Positions 1 through 10,291 of a stretch of 64,000 bases of DNA are shown here, piece by piece. Within the stretch, counting starts at the first letter, position 1. The number at the start of each line of letters is the position of its first letter. Under the pieces are notes generated by a model. The model was not told the origin of the DNA. It searched no databases and saw only the letters and a list, made by a program, of their open reading frames with translations. The stretch comes from an uncultured Clostridia bacterium (lineage in GTDB: Bacteria; Bacillota; Clostridia; TANB77; CAG-508), in contig CAMVJW010000003.1 in the NCBI GenBank assembly GCA_947167965.1, positions 43,875-107,874 of the forward strand. Direction: 5' to 3'. The position numbers were made by a program, and so were the translations under genes.

Positions 1-291
1 TATATAAATGATGTAGATTATATAAATAAAACAATCAATAACATGATGATTTTAAAAAATTTATCAATTATTGAGTTAAGATATAAAATAATTACAAAAG
101 GACTAGATAAAAATTTAATAGAAGACTATTTTTATGAACATAAGGAAGAACTTTTAGAATATGAGATTAAGTCAGCATCAAATATTATTTATAAAAAGAA
201 AAAAGATATGGATTCGAATGAACTAAAATCATATTTAATGAAAAAAGGGTATAGACAAGATACAATAAAAAAAGCATTTGAAGAAGAATAA
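1..291 (+). CDS. recX: RecX-like regulatory protein, C-terminal part (5' end lies outside the window)
   Basis: Frame 1 is open from base 1, so the listed ORF 43..291 is only the part after an internal Met. The helical-repeat C-terminus (ELRYKIITKGLDKNLIEDYF ... LKSYLMKKGYRQDTIKKAFEE) resembles RecX. Confidence 0.5.
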   Translation, partial: YINDVDYINKTINNMMILKNLSIIELRYKIITKGLDKNLIEDYFYEHKEELLEYEIKSASNIIYKKKKDMDSNELKSYLMKKGYRQDTIKKAFEEE

Positions 292-310
292 TTTGAAGAG
301 AGGTAAATTT

Positions 311-1387
311 ATGAAGAAAATTTTTATATCTGCATATTCTATGGATGTTGGAGGGATAGAAACAGCATTAATTACACTAATTAAAAATATACATTTAAAA
401 TATAAAATTACATTAGCTTTGGAAAAAAAAGAAGGATTATTTTTAAACCAAATTCCACAAGATGTTAAAATAATTACATATAAAGCAAGTGATAATAAAA
501 ACACTTTTATAAGAAAATCATGTAACTTTTTAAAACAGATATTATTTAAAATGATATATAAAAATAGGTTTGATTTTTCAGCTTGTTATGCTACATATTC
601 TTATCCGTGCTCTTTTATGGCAAGAAATGCAAGCAAAAATTCAGCATTATGGGTGCATAATGATTATTACAATTTTTACAATAAGAATGAAGAACAATAT
701 AGAGAGTTTTTTATTAAATTAAGAATAAATGAATATAAAAAAATAGTATTTGTATCAGAAAATGATAAAAACACATTTTTAAAATTTTTTAATTCATATA
801 AAGAAAAATGTTATAAATGTAATAATTTAATAGATTATAAAAGTATTTTAGATAAATCAAAAGAAGAAGTAAAAGATTTTGATTTTCCAGAGAATATTAA
901 TACTTTTATCAATTTAGGAAGACATGATGAAAAACAAAAAAAGCTTAGTAGAATAATAAATGTTACTAGAAGATTAAATGAAGAAGGATATATTTTCAGA
1001 GTTTTATTTATTGGAAGTGGACAAGATTCTGAAAAATACAAGAAAATGGCAGAAAATATAAATAATATATATTTTTTAGGTGCTAAATCAAATCCATATC
1101 CATATTTAAATAAATCAGATTGTTTACTTATGTCTTCTGATTTTGAAGGATATCCAGTTGTATTTGTAGAATCTTTAATACTTGGAAAACCAATAATAAC
1201 AACAGATGTATCTGACAGCAGAGTAGATATAGATAATAAATTTGGAATTGTTACAGAAAAAAATGAAGAAGCTCTTTATCAAGGAATTAAAAGATTTTTA
1301 GATAAAAAGATGGAGTTTCAAAAATTTGATCCAGAAGAATTTAATAAAGAAATACTTGAAAACTTAGATAATATAATTGCTACTTAA
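311..1387 (+). CDS. glycosyltransferase, family 4 (GT-B, group 1)
   Basis: ATG 311 follows AGAGG. The C-terminal half carries a GT4-type region (FLGAKSNPYPYL..LLMSSDFEGYPVVFVESLILGKPIITTDV). Confidence 0.75.
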   Translation: MKKIFISAYSMDVGGIETALITLIKNIHLKYKITLALEKKEGLFLNQIPQDVKIITYKASDNKNTFIRKSCNFLKQILFKMIYKNRFDFSACYATYSYPCSFMARNASKNSALWVHNDYYNFYNKNEEQYREFFIKLRINEYKKIVFVSENDKNTFLKFFNSYKEKCYKCNNLIDYKSILDKSKEEVKDFDFPENINTFINLGRHDEKQKKLSRIINVTRRLNEEGYIFRVLFIGSGQDSEKYKKMAENINNIYFLGAKSNPYPYLNKSDCLLMSSDFEGYPVVFVESLILGKPIITTDVSDSRVDIDNKFGIVTEKNEEALYQGIKRFLDKKMEFQKFDPEEFNKEILENLDNIIAT

Positions 1388-1469
1388 TGTTTTACGAAGA
1401 AATAAAATATCAAAAACCAAGTCTTTGAAATAAAGTTGTAATAAATCAATATATTAGAGGTGTAGAATA

Positions 1470-2378
1470 ATGATAAGTTTTATAATACCAACATTTAATA
1501 GTGAAAATACAATTGAAAGAACTATAGAATCAATCTTAGGACAAGTACAAACGTGTTTAGAATACGAAATTATAGTGGTTGATGATGGATCAACAGATAA
1601 TACAAAAGAAATTATGCAAAAATACTTTAATAATGAAAAAGTTAAGTATTATTATAAAGAAAATTCTGGGGTTGCAGATGCTAGAAATGTTGGAGTGAAT
1701 AAATCAAAAGGAAATTATGTTATTTTTGTAGACAGTGATGACTATATAAGCAAAACACTCTTATATGATATTGAAAAATATATCAATAATGGTATAGATA
1801 TAATAAAATGGAATGTTACATTTGTAGATTCTAACAAAAATGAAATATCTAAACCAAATAGTATTGAATTTGAAACAACTAGTGGAGAAGATGGATTTAA
1901 TAAGCTATTTGGAAAAGATGATTTAATAGATTGCTTATGGAAATATGCATTTAAAAAATCGCTAATAATAGAGTTCCCAAGTGGTACATATCACGAAGAT
2001 TTTGCAACAATACCATTAATGATCGTTAGTAGCTCAACAATGGTTTCTATAGCAAATAGAGAATATTATTATGTTCAATCAGAAAATAGTATTATGAGAA
2101 ATAATGATACCCAAAAAGAAAAAAAGAAAATTGTAGATAAATTAAATCATTATGATAATTTAATAGAAAAATCAAAAAGTTTGAAAATAGCTCAAAAAAC
2201 AAAGGAAAATATACAAATATTTGCAACAAATAGCATGTTAACTGTTCTGAAAGATTTAAGTGATGAAAATAAAAAGTATTATATTGATGAACTTAAGAAA
2301 AGAGATATAAGTAAGTATATAAAAGCAAGGAATTTGAAACAATTTGTTAAGAAAATACTAATTAAATTAAAATATTAA
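1470..2378 (+). CDS. glycosyltransferase, family 2 (GT-A)
   Basis: N-terminus ISFIIPTFNSENTIERTIESIL, VVDDGSTDNT, and FVDSDD (DxD) motifs. RBS AGAGGTG lies upstream. Confidence 0.8.
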   Translation: MISFIIPTFNSENTIERTIESILGQVQTCLEYEIIVVDDGSTDNTKEIMQKYFNNEKVKYYYKENSGVADARNVGVNKSKGNYVIFVDSDDYISKTLLYDIEKYINNGIDIIKWNVTFVDSNKNEISKPNSIEFETTSGEDGFNKLFGKDDLIDCLWKYAFKKSLIIEFPSGTYHEDFATIPLMIVSSSTMVSIANREYYYVQSENSIMRNNDTQKEKKKIVDKLNHYDNLIEKSKSLKIAQKTKENIQIFATNSMLTVLKDLSDENKKYYIDELKKRDISKYIKARNLKQFVKKILIKLKY

Positions 2379-2519
2379 AATAATTTGACTAAATTGAAAA
2401 AATATTACAATAATATAACAAATTGAAGAATTTTATAACAAATTGAAAAAATAACTTGATAATGAGAAAATAATATGATATAACAGATTTCATCTGGTAA
2501 AAAAAGGGGAGAACATAAA

Positions 2520-3902
2520 ATGTTAGATTCAATGGAAAAAATAGTTAACTTGAGTAAATCAAGAGGATATATATATCCTGGGTCAGAAATATATGGTGGA
2601 CTTTCAAACACATGGGATTATGGACCTCTAGGAGTTGAACTTAAAAATAATATAAAAAAAGCTTGGATGAAAAAAATGGTCCAAGAGAATAAATATAATG
2701 TTGGATTAGACAGTGCTATACTTATGAATCCACAAGTATGGGTTACAACAGGACATGTGGCAGGATTTACAGATCCATTAATAGATTGTAAAGAGTGTAA
2801 AACAAGACATAGAGCAGATAAGTTAATAGAAGAGTGGGCTGCTACAAATGGAAAAGATGTTATAGCAGATGGTTGGACAGATGAGGAAACTGTTAAATAC
2901 ATAAATGATAATAACATAGTGTGTCCAAATTGTGGAAAACTAAATTACACAAGTATTAGAAAATTTAATCTTATGTTTAAAACTTTCCAAGGAGTAACAG
3001 AAGACGCAAAATCAGAAATCTATTTACGTCCAGAAACTGCACAAGGAATATTTGTAAATTTTAAAAATGTTCTTAGAACAACAAGAAAAAAATTACCATT
3101 TGGTATTTGTCAACAAGGAAAAGCTTTTAGAAATGAAATTACACCAGGAAATTTTATTTTTAGAACAAGAGAATTTGAGCAAATGGAAATAGAGTTTTTC
3201 TGCAAGCCAGATACAGATCTAGAGTGGCACGAATATTGGAAAGACTATTGTAAGAATTTCTTACTTTCATTAGGTGCAAATGAAGAAGATATTAGATTTA
3301 GAAATCATACAAAAGAAGAATTATCATTTTATAGTAAAGCAACAGCAGATATCGAATATAGATTCCCATTTGGTTGGGGAGAAGTATGGGGAATTGCTGA
3401 TAGAACAAATTACGATTTATCTCGCCATATGGAAGCAACTAAACAAGATTTAACTTATCAAGATCCAGAAACAGGAGAAAAGTATGTTCCTTTTGTAATA
3501 GAACCATCTGTCGGTGTTGATAGACTATTCTTAATGTTTTTATGTAATTCATATGAAGAAGAAAAAATTTCAGAAGATGACACAAGAACAGTATTGCACT
3601 TGCATCCTGCTTTAGCTCCATATAAAGCAGCAGTATTACCTTTATCTAAAAAACTATCTGAAAAAGCAATAGAATTACAAGCTGAATTATCTAAAGCCTT
3701 CATGGTAGATTATGATGAGGCAGGATCAATTGGAAAACGTTATAGAAGAGAAGATGAAATTGGAACACCTTATTGTATAACTGTAGATTTTGATACACTT
3801 GAGGATAACCAAGTTACAATTAGAGATAGAGATACAATGGAACAAGTACGTGTACCAATTAACGAGGTAGAAAATTGGATTAAACAAAAAATAGAATTTT
3901 AA
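2520..3902 (+). CDS. glyQS: glycine--tRNA ligase (single-chain GlyQS type)
   Basis: 460 aa. N-terminus [31 protein letters not shown] and class II motifs ([33 protein letters not shown]). Confidence 0.95.
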   Translation: MLDSMEKIVNLSKSRGYIYPGSEIYGGLSNTWDYGPLGVELKNNIKKAWMKKMVQENKYNVGLDSAILMNPQVWVTTGHVAGFTDPLIDCKECKTRHRADKLIEEWAATNGKDVIADGWTDEETVKYINDNNIVCPNCGKLNYTSIRKFNLMFKTFQGVTEDAKSEIYLRPETAQGIFVNFKNVLRTTRKKLPFGICQQGKAFRNEITPGNFIFRTREFEQMEIEFFCKPDTDLEWHEYWKDYCKNFLLSLGANEEDIRFRNHTKEELSFYSKATADIEYRFPFGWGEVWGIADRTNYDLSRHMEATKQDLTYQDPETGEKYVPFVIEPSVGVDRLFLMFLCNSYEEEKISEDDTRTVLHLHPALAPYKAAVLPLSKKLSEKAIELQAELSKAFMVDYDEAGSIGKRYRREDEIGTPYCITVDFDTLEDNQVTIRDRDTMEQVRVPINEVENWIKQKIEF

Positions 3903-3931
3903 TAAAAATGAGACGGCTCGGTTGGAAATAG

Positions 3932-3980
3932 GGACGGTTCTCTTTTCTAATCGTAGAAAAGAGAACCGTCCACATTTTTT
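3932..3980 (+). terminator. rho-independent terminator after glyQS
   Basis: Perfect 18-bp stem GGACGGTTCTCTTTTCTA / TAGAAAAGAGAACCGTCC with a 4-nt loop, followed by ACATTTTTT. Confidence 0.85.
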
Positions 3981-3995
3981 AGGAGGATAAAATAT

Positions 3996-6038
3996 ATGAA
4001 AAAAGGTGTAAAATTTATTTTATCATTATTAATAATTATTTTTATAGTAATAGCAATATTAGTTTTTAAAAATAATAGTATGTTTGAATTAAAAGCTATA
4101 AAATCAGATAAGCAATTATATAGCATTTATAATCATGATAGAGAACCTGAATTTAAAGAAAAAGTAATTAGAGCATTTTGTATGCCATATAGCTTTTTAC
4201 AAGGATTATCTCATATAGATTATGATTATGAAGATTATGGCTATAATTACAATAATAGAATTACTCCAGATAGTACAGATGATTCATTTGATGTTTTCAA
4301 CTCAACTGAAACTCAGAGTGATTCTACAGATTCATCTTCAAAAACAAAAGACTATTCAACAACAAATATTCAGGTGGAAAATGTTGATGAAGCTGATATT
4401 ACTAAAACAGATGGAGATTATATATATTCAATTTCTGAAGAAAATGTAATTATAACTGATGTAAGAGAACCAAAAGATGCTAAAATTGTTGCAAAAATTA
4501 GTGATTTTGGTAATTCAAATCCCGAGGATTTGATGTTATATAAAAACAAACTTGTAGTTATATCTGCATCAAATGTTAGTAGTTCATACTATAGTAGTAA
4601 AAGCAACACTATTGTAAACATTTACGATATAAGCTCTAAAGAAAAACCGGTTTTAGAAAAAAGTATGGAATTATATGAGCCATATTATACATCAAGATGT
4701 ATAAATAATAGTTTATATATCATTGCAACTGGAAGTTTAAGAAAAAAAGATAAGGAAGATAAGGTTTTAAGATCATACAAGGAAGACAATAATGAACAAG
4801 AAATTGAACTTAAAGATATTAAATATTTAAAAGATATAAATACAACCAAACAAACCTTAATATCAGTAGTTAATTTAGATGAACCAAAAGAAAAGGCAAG
4901 TGTTAAGTCATATCTTATGGATATTTCTAATGCTTATGTATCTGAAAACAATATATATTTAGCTGATGAAGAATATGAATATGATGAAACTAAAATATCA
5001 ATTAAAAGTTTATTTGGAATTGGAGGAGTAATTGGATATTTTAGAAATTTAGAAAGTAACAATTATGAAAATAGTGGTACAAAAACAAAAGTATTTAAAT
5101 TTAGTATAGAAAAAAATGGACAGGTTTCATACAAAAATAAATGTAAAACAAATGGAAAAATAATTAATCAATATTCTTTAGATGAAAAAAATAATCATTT
5201 AAGAATGGCATTATATGATAATGATGGAACTAGAGTTGAAATATTTGATGAAAATTTAAACAAAATTGGTAGCACAAGTTATGTAGCTAAAGGGGAAAAG
5301 ATGTATTCTTCAAGATTTATTGGAGATAAAGCATATTTAGTAACATACAAAACAATAGATCCGCTTTTTGTAGTTGACTTAAGTAATGAAAGAAGCCCTA
5401 AAGTATTAGGTGAATTAAAAATTCCTGGATATAGTACATATTTACATCCTTATGATGAAAATCATATTATTGGAATTGGAATGGAAACAAAAGAAACTGT
5501 TAGTAGGAATAATTTAGGAAAAGTAACAAGTACTACAAGTAGAATTATAGGAATGAAAATGGCATTGTTTGATGTAAGTGATGTAAATAACCCAAAACAA
5601 ATTTCACAAACTGTCATTGGAGATAGTAATACAACTTCAGCAATACTAACTAATCCAAAAGCACTACTATTTTCAAAAGAAAAAGAGTTAATTGCTATTC
5701 CGGTAAATAATTATAAAGAAACCTTTGTTTTAAATAGTTCAAGTGATGAGTATACATCTATAATTAATTCATATAAGAATTACAATAAAACAATAGTTGC
5801 AGAAGGATATTTGGTGTATAAAATCAATTTAACTGAAGGATTTAATTTAAAAGGCGTAATTACTCATGAGAAAACATATAAATCATCAAATTATTATTCA
5901 AGTTATGCAAAATCAAAATTATTACGCGGACTATATATAGATAATAATTTATATACAGTATCTGAAGATGCTTTGAAAGTTAATGATTTAAATTCATTAG
6001 ATTTAATAAAAGAAATAAAAATTAAAGGAGTAAAATAA
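3996..6038 (+). CDS. secreted or anchored beta-propeller domain protein (PF09826-like)
   Basis: N-terminal TM/signal anchor. C-terminal region YSSRFIGDKAYLVTYKTIDPLFVVDLSNERSPKVLGELKIPGYSTYLHPYDENHIIGIG is typical of the Firmicute beta-propeller family. Confidence 0.7.
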   Translation: MKKGVKFILSLLIIIFIVIAILVFKNNSMFELKAIKSDKQLYSIYNHDREPEFKEKVIRAFCMPYSFLQGLSHIDYDYEDYGYNYNNRITPDSTDDSFDVFNSTETQSDSTDSSSKTKDYSTTNIQVENVDEADITKTDGDYIYSISEENVIITDVREPKDAKIVAKISDFGNSNPEDLMLYKNKLVVISASNVSSSYYSSKSNTIVNIYDISSKEKPVLEKSMELYEPYYTSRCINNSLYIIATGSLRKKDKEDKVLRSYKEDNNEQEIELKDIKYLKDINTTKQTLISVVNLDEPKEKASVKSYLMDISNAYVSENNIYLADEEYEYDETKISIKSLFGIGGVIGYFRNLESNNYENSGTKTKVFKFSIEKNGQVSYKNKCKTNGKIINQYSLDEKNNHLRMALYDNDGTRVEIFDENLNKIGSTSYVAKGEKMYSSRFIGDKAYLVTYKTIDPLFVVDLSNERSPKVLGELKIPGYSTYLHPYDENHIIGIGMETKETVSRNNLGKVTSTTSRIIGMKMALFDVSDVNNPKQISQTVIGDSNTTSAILTNPKALLFSKEKELIAIPVNNYKETFVLNSSSDEYTSIINSYKNYNKTIVAEGYLVYKINLTEGFNLKGVITHEKTYKSSNYYSSYAKSKLLRGLYIDNNLYTVSEDALKVNDLNSLDLIKEIKIKGVK

Positions 6039-6040
6039 AT

Positions 6041-6295
6041 ATGGAAGAAAATAAAAATAAGTCAGCAATGGCTGTAAGTTCACTTGTTTTAGGTATTATT
6101 TCAATTGTAATGAATCTTTTTTGGTATATTACTTTACCTACAGGAATTTTAGCAATTGTTTTTGGAGTAAAATCGGTTAGAAGGACAGGAAGTAAGCTAG
6201 GAAAAGCTGGGTTAATTACTGGGATCGTTGGATTATCTTTGTTTGTGTTTGTTTATGTTTCTTTAATAATAATTACAGTATTATCAAATATGTAA
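6041..6295 (+). CDS. small membrane protein, DUF4190-like
   Basis: 84 aa with two hydrophobic helices (SLVLGIISIVMNLFWYITLPTGILAIVFGVKSVRR). Starts 3 nt after the preceding stop. Confidence 0.5.
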   Translation: MEENKNKSAMAVSSLVLGIISIVMNLFWYITLPTGILAIVFGVKSVRRTGSKLGKAGLITGIVGLSLFVFVYVSLIIITVLSNM

Positions 6296-6376
6296 TTTTT
6301 AAACTTTATTTAAAAATTGGGAAGATTATCTTTTTTTATAGTTGAAACTGAAAGAGAAAGCTTCCCAATTTTTACC

Positions 6377-6405
6377 TTGACAACATCTGGAAAAAATGGT
6401 ATAAA
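6377..6405 (+). promoter_or_regulatory. sigma-A type promoter for tRNA-Glu
   Basis: TTGACA (6377-6382), 17-nt spacer, TATAAA (6400-6405), about 17 nt upstream of the tRNA 5' end. Confidence 0.55.
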
Positions 6406-6422
6406 TATATATAGTTATATGT

Positions 6423-6497
6423 GGCCCCTTGGTCAAGCGGTTAAGACGTGGCCCTCTCAAGGCCAAATCATGGGTTCGATTCCCGTAGGGGTCACCA
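6423..6497 (+). tRNA. tRNA-Glu (anticodon CUC), CCA encoded
   Basis: Hand-folded cloverleaf: acceptor GGCCCCT/AGGGGTC, anticodon stem TGGCC/GGCCA, loop CTCTCAA, T-arm ATGGG TTCGATT CCCGT, 3' ACCA. The track ORF 6317..6532 is spurious. Confidence 0.9.
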
Positions 6498-6528
6498 ACT
6501 TTAATTTAAAATTATTTAATGCAATTGG

Positions 6529-6555
6529 GTAGAATAGTTTATTCTACTTTATTTT
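6529..6555 (+). terminator. terminator after tRNA-Glu
   Basis: GTAGAATA gtt TATTCTAC hairpin followed by TTTATTTT. Confidence 0.6.
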
Positions 6556-6639
6556 AAACGTTTATATCAGATTAATTAATTCAATATAATATTTTATAAC
6601 ATAAATTGTTTATTTAATTGAAAGGCTACCTAAATACAT

Positions 6640-7110
6640 ATGGAAAAAGAAAATGATAAAATTATTTTTAAAAAAATAGCAATTGATATAGTATTGTTGA
6701 TTTTTATTATATTATATTTTGGTATATTATACATTTTGAATAAAAAATTAGACAATGCTTTGATTTTAAATATATTAAAAACTTCAAGTATAATAATATT
6801 ATTAATTGGAATTATTTTTACAGAAGTTTCATATCACAAAAAGAGTTTCAAAATTTCTATAAATAGTGTAGAAATAATATTTCTTGCAATTTATATATTA
6901 ATAAGTGATGTAATTATAAAAAGAATAAATAGTACGTACAATGTTTTTAGTATATTATCTATTTTTATATTTTTACTATACTATCTTTTCAAAATTTCTA
7001 TTATATATACAAATGAAAAAAGAAAATTTGCAAATAGCTTTAGTGACATTCATGAGATTTTAAATAATGATCCAATAAAAAAAGAAGCTCAAAAAAGAGG
7101 AGAAAACTAG
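6640..7110 (+). CDS. hypothetical polytopic membrane protein
   Basis: 156 aa with four hydrophobic segments. I recognise no family. Confidence 0.45.
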   Translation: MEKENDKIIFKKIAIDIVLLIFIILYFGILYILNKKLDNALILNILKTSSIIILLIGIIFTEVSYHKKSFKISINSVEIIFLAIYILISDVIIKRINSTYNVFSILSIFIFLLYYLFKISIIYTNEKRKFANSFSDIHEILNNDPIKKEAQKRGEN

Positions 7111-7167
7111 ACTTCTTACATTTTTTGTGTTAAAATATAGATATTAAATAAGTTAATGGAGGAGAAA

Positions 7168-7416
7168 ATGAAATTAGTTAATATTGGTTTTGGTAATACT
7201 GTTGCTGCTGATAAAATAGTTGCAATTGTTAGCCCAGATTCAGCACCTATTAAAAGAATGGTACAAGAAGCAAAAGATGATGGAATTGCAATTGATGCTA
7301 CATTTGGAAGAAAAACAAGGGGAGTACTAATAATGGATTCTGATCACATTGTACTTTCAGCTGTTCAAGCAGAAACAATTGCAGCAAGAATTGATAAAGA
7401 TATTTCGCAAGAATAG
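7168..7416 (+). CDS. remA: RemA/DUF370 family regulator
   Basis: [70 protein letters not shown] is the RemA (YlzA) signature. ATG 7168 lies directly after GGAGGAG. Confidence 0.85.
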   Translation: MKLVNIGFGNTVAADKIVAIVSPDSAPIKRMVQEAKDDGIAIDATFGRKTRGVLIMDSDHIVLSAVQAETIAARIDKDISQE

Positions 7417-7462
7417 GTATTAAATAAAAAAAACAATTAAAAAAATAATTTAGGAGGATATT

Positions 7463-7678
7463 ATGATTGTAAAACCTACAGTTAATGATTTATTAAAACA
7501 TGCAGAAAACAGATTTGCTTTAGTTATTGCAACTTCAAAAAGAGCTAGACAAATTGCAAATGGTGATGAAAAATTAATAGAAACAGATGAAGCTTCACCT
7601 GTTACTGTTGCAGCAAATGAAATAAATGAAGGTAGCGTACAAATTGTTGAAAATCAAGATGATGAAGCAGAAGTTTAA
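7463..7678 (+). CDS. rpoZ: DNA-directed RNA polymerase subunit omega
   Basis: 71 aa with NRFALVIATSKRARQI motif. RBS AGGAGG. Confidence 0.9.
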   Translation: MIVKPTVNDLLKHAENRFALVIATSKRARQIANGDEKLIETDEASPVTVAANEINEGSVQIVENQDDEAEV

Positions 7679-7728
7679 TTATAAGTTTAAGAAAATTAAT
7701 AATATAAAATAAAGTTGAGGATAGAAGA

Positions 7729-8304
7729 ATGTTTGTTATATTAGCTGGAGTTGCAGGAGCTGGAAAAGATACAATACAGAGAGAATTAGTTAAAAGAATG
7801 GAAAATGTTGAAACACTTCCATCTTATACTTCAAGACCAATTAGACCAGGAGATATTGATGGAGAAACATATATATTTGTTACTAAATCCGAATTTGAAG
7901 AAAGAATTAGAAATGGTGAATTTTATGAATATGATATTCATCATAGTAATTATTATGGTGTTTCAAAAAAATTATTAAATGAAAAATTAAAAAATGGTAA
8001 AATAATTGTTAAAGATATTGATGTTAATGGTACAGAAAATTTAAAAAAATTGTTAAAAAATGATACAAAAATTGTAACTATTTTTTTAAGAGTACCAAAG
8101 GAAGTACTTAAAAAAAGATTAGAAAATAGGGTAGATAAACCAAGTGAAGAAGAAATCATATTAAGATTAAATAGATTTGATTATGAAGAATCAAAAATAT
8201 CTTTGTTTGATTATGTTTTAAAAAATAATGATTTAGAAAAAACAATTAAGATAATAATGACTATTATAGAAAATGAATATAATTTAGAAAATCCGGAATT
8301 TTAA
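7729..8304 (+). CDS. gmk: guanylate kinase-like protein
   Basis: P-loop GVAGAGKDT, TSRPIRPGDIDGETYIFVTKSEFEERIRNGEFYEY and NYYGV motifs. Sits with remA and rpoZ as in other Firmicutes, though after rpoZ here. Confidence 0.8.
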   Translation: MFVILAGVAGAGKDTIQRELVKRMENVETLPSYTSRPIRPGDIDGETYIFVTKSEFEERIRNGEFYEYDIHHSNYYGVSKKLLNEKLKNGKIIVKDIDVNGTENLKKLLKNDTKIVTIFLRVPKEVLKKRLENRVDKPSEEEIILRLNRFDYEESKISLFDYVLKNNDLEKTIKIIMTIIENEYNLENPEF

Positions 8305-8305
8305 A

Positions 8306-9196
8306 ATGATAGAATTACTTAAAAAATGTGAAATGTGTCCACATAAATGTGGAGTAAATAGATTAAATAATCAAATAGGAAGATGTAAATCAAAAGATAC
8401 TGTAAAAATTGCCAAAGTTTCCACACACTATTATGAAGAACCTTGCATAAGTGGAAAAAATGGCTCTGGTACAGTATTTTTTTCTAATTGTAATTTAAAT
8501 TGTATATATTGCCAAAATTACGAAATTAGTCAAGAAGGATTAGGTAAAGAAATAACAACTGAAGAATTAGCAGAAATATTTTTGAATCAGCAAAGAAATG
8601 GAGTAAACAACATTAATTTAGTAACTCCAACAAGTTATGTTATACAAATAATAGAAGCTATAAAAATTGCGAAAGAAAAAGGATTATCAATTCCAATAGT
8701 ATATAATACAAATTGCTATGAAAATATTGAAACAATAAAAATGTTAGATGGATATATAGATATTTATCTACCAGATTTAAAATATGGCGATAATGATTTA
8801 GGTGTAAAGTATTCTGGGGTGAAGAATTATTTTGAAATAGCTACTAAAGCTTTAAAAGAAATGTGTAGACAAATAAAAGAAACGGAATTTTCTTCTGACG
8901 GTATAATGAAAAAAGGAATTATTGTTAGACATTTAATTTTACCAAATAATACTCAAAATTCTAAAGAAGTATTAAATTGGATTGACAATAATTTGCCAAA
9001 ACATGTAATGGTAAGTGTTATGGCACAATATTTTCCAACATACAAAGCAAAAAATAACGATGAATTAAATAGAAAAATTACTAAAAGAGAGTTTAAAATA
9101 ATAGAAAGCTATTTATTAAATCTGAACATTGAAAATGGGTATATACAAGGACTAGAAGAAAATGAAGAACAATATGTTCCAAAATGGAATATTTAA
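8306..9196 (+). CDS. radical SAM protein (PflX-like, pyruvate formate-lyase activase homologue)
   Basis: CNLNCIYCQN (CxxxCxxC) cluster motif plus an N-terminal Cys motif CEMCPHKCGVNR. Starts 2 nt after the gmk stop. Confidence 0.8.
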   Translation: MIELLKKCEMCPHKCGVNRLNNQIGRCKSKDTVKIAKVSTHYYEEPCISGKNGSGTVFFSNCNLNCIYCQNYEISQEGLGKEITTEELAEIFLNQQRNGVNNINLVTPTSYVIQIIEAIKIAKEKGLSIPIVYNTNCYENIETIKMLDGYIDIYLPDLKYGDNDLGVKYSGVKNYFEIATKALKEMCRQIKETEFSSDGIMKKGIIVRHLILPNNTQNSKEVLNWIDNNLPKHVMVSVMAQYFPTYKAKNNDELNRKITKREFKIIESYLLNLNIENGYIQGLEENEEQYVPKWNI

Positions 9197-9329
9197 AAAT
9201 CAATAAATATGTAATACTTATGTAATAACTTTGTAAATAAAAAGTAAAGTAAATAATATTGATTTATTGATTTTTTTATTATATCATTTTAACAAGTATT
9301 TATTAAGAATACAAAGGAGGAACATATAA

Positions 9330-10151
9330 ATGGATAATTTAGATTTAAATCAAAATGTTTTTGGAAATAATGGAAATAAATTTGGCGGTATTGATCAAGG
9401 AATAGAAGATAATCATTTTAATTCAAATGAAATAGGTGGAAATGAACAAGGAGGATATGACTCTTTTAAAAGTTTAGAGCTAGAAGAATTAGAAAGAGAA
9501 TTTGATAGACTATTTGGTACATTTACTGAAAATGAACCTGAAGTTGCCAAAACTACAATTCCAGGTATTGAGAATGGAGTAGATTTATCAAATGCAAATG
9601 TTGAAGCAAATCATAAAACAAATGTATTTGGAAATTATAAAACAGGAGTTGATTTAGGAGAAAACCCAACAGGAGTATTTGGAAATTATGGAATTAATGA
9701 TACTAATGTTAATCCTACAGGAGTTGGGTCTAATATAAATTCAGAACTAAATCTTGAAACTAATAATACACCTGGAACAGCACACGGAGTATTTGGAAAC
9801 TATGACATAAATTCAAATTTAAATAATGACATACAAGCAAATCAACAAGAAGCACAAGTATATCAACAAACAATTAAAAATCCAACTGAAACAGTTTTTC
9901 AAACATATCAACAAACTCAACAACCTCAAAAACAACAAGCAGTTACAGTGGTTAAAAAAGTTGGTTTTTGGGCTAAAATCAAAGCATTTTTTACAGGTAG
10001 TAGTACAACAACTGTGACAACTAATAATAAAGCTACTTCTACTCAAGTTGGATACAATCAAAATTTAAATGCCACAAATACAAATGGACAAGCAAATAAC
10101 AATTCTACTACTTCTAAAGGATTTTGGAGCATTTTTAAAGGAAACAAATAA
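9330..10151 (+). CDS. Asn/Gln/Gly-rich hypothetical protein with VFGN(Y) repeats and C-terminal amphipathic GFW motifs
   Basis: RBS AAGGAGG. Four copies of VFGNY/VFGNN, a Q-rich tract, and GFWAKIKAFF plus GFWSIFKG near the C-terminus. No signal peptide. Confidence 0.5.
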   Translation: MDNLDLNQNVFGNNGNKFGGIDQGIEDNHFNSNEIGGNEQGGYDSFKSLELEELEREFDRLFGTFTENEPEVAKTTIPGIENGVDLSNANVEANHKTNVFGNYKTGVDLGENPTGVFGNYGINDTNVNPTGVGSNINSELNLETNNTPGTAHGVFGNYDINSNLNNDIQANQQEAQVYQQTIKNPTETVFQTYQQTQQPQKQQAVTVVKKVGFWAKIKAFFTGSSTTTVTTNNKATSTQVGYNQNLNATNTNGQANNNSTTSKGFWSIFKGNK

Positions 10152-10163
10152 GAAATAATAAAC

Positions 10164-10207
10164 AGTTCTCCTTGTCGATTTGGGCAAGTAGAACTTTTTT
10201 ATTTTTT
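10164..10207 (+). terminator. terminator after the N/Q-rich gene
   Basis: Imperfect hairpin AGTTCTcCTTG...CAAGtAGAACT followed by a T-run. Confidence 0.5.
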
Positions 10208-10291
10208 ATTAAATAATAAATAGGATTGTGATACAATGAAAACATAAGTTTATATTATTTGTATTTGTCTAAGAATTTGTAGATAGAAAGA

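Noticed and set aside
2379-2519. T-box leaders upstream of glyQS (also checked upstream of hisS at 42363..42401 and of serS at 47041..47213 on the minus strand)
   Set aside because: No GGTGGTACCGCG-like T-box sequence or terminator/antiterminator pair is present, and the spacers are too short. Only the asnA leader qualifies.
4222-4449. Alternative-frame ORFs inside low-complexity coding regions (also 9826..10017, 9819..10061, 29873..30070, 30648..31031, 24153..24407)
   Set aside because: They are embedded in longer ORFs with signal peptides or recognisable domains, and their products are Ile/Lys/Asn homopolymer-like, typical of off-frame reading of AT-rich repeats.
6317-6532. 71-aa ORF
   Set aside because: It overlaps the promoter and the whole tRNA-Glu gene, and the tRNA fold explains the sequence.
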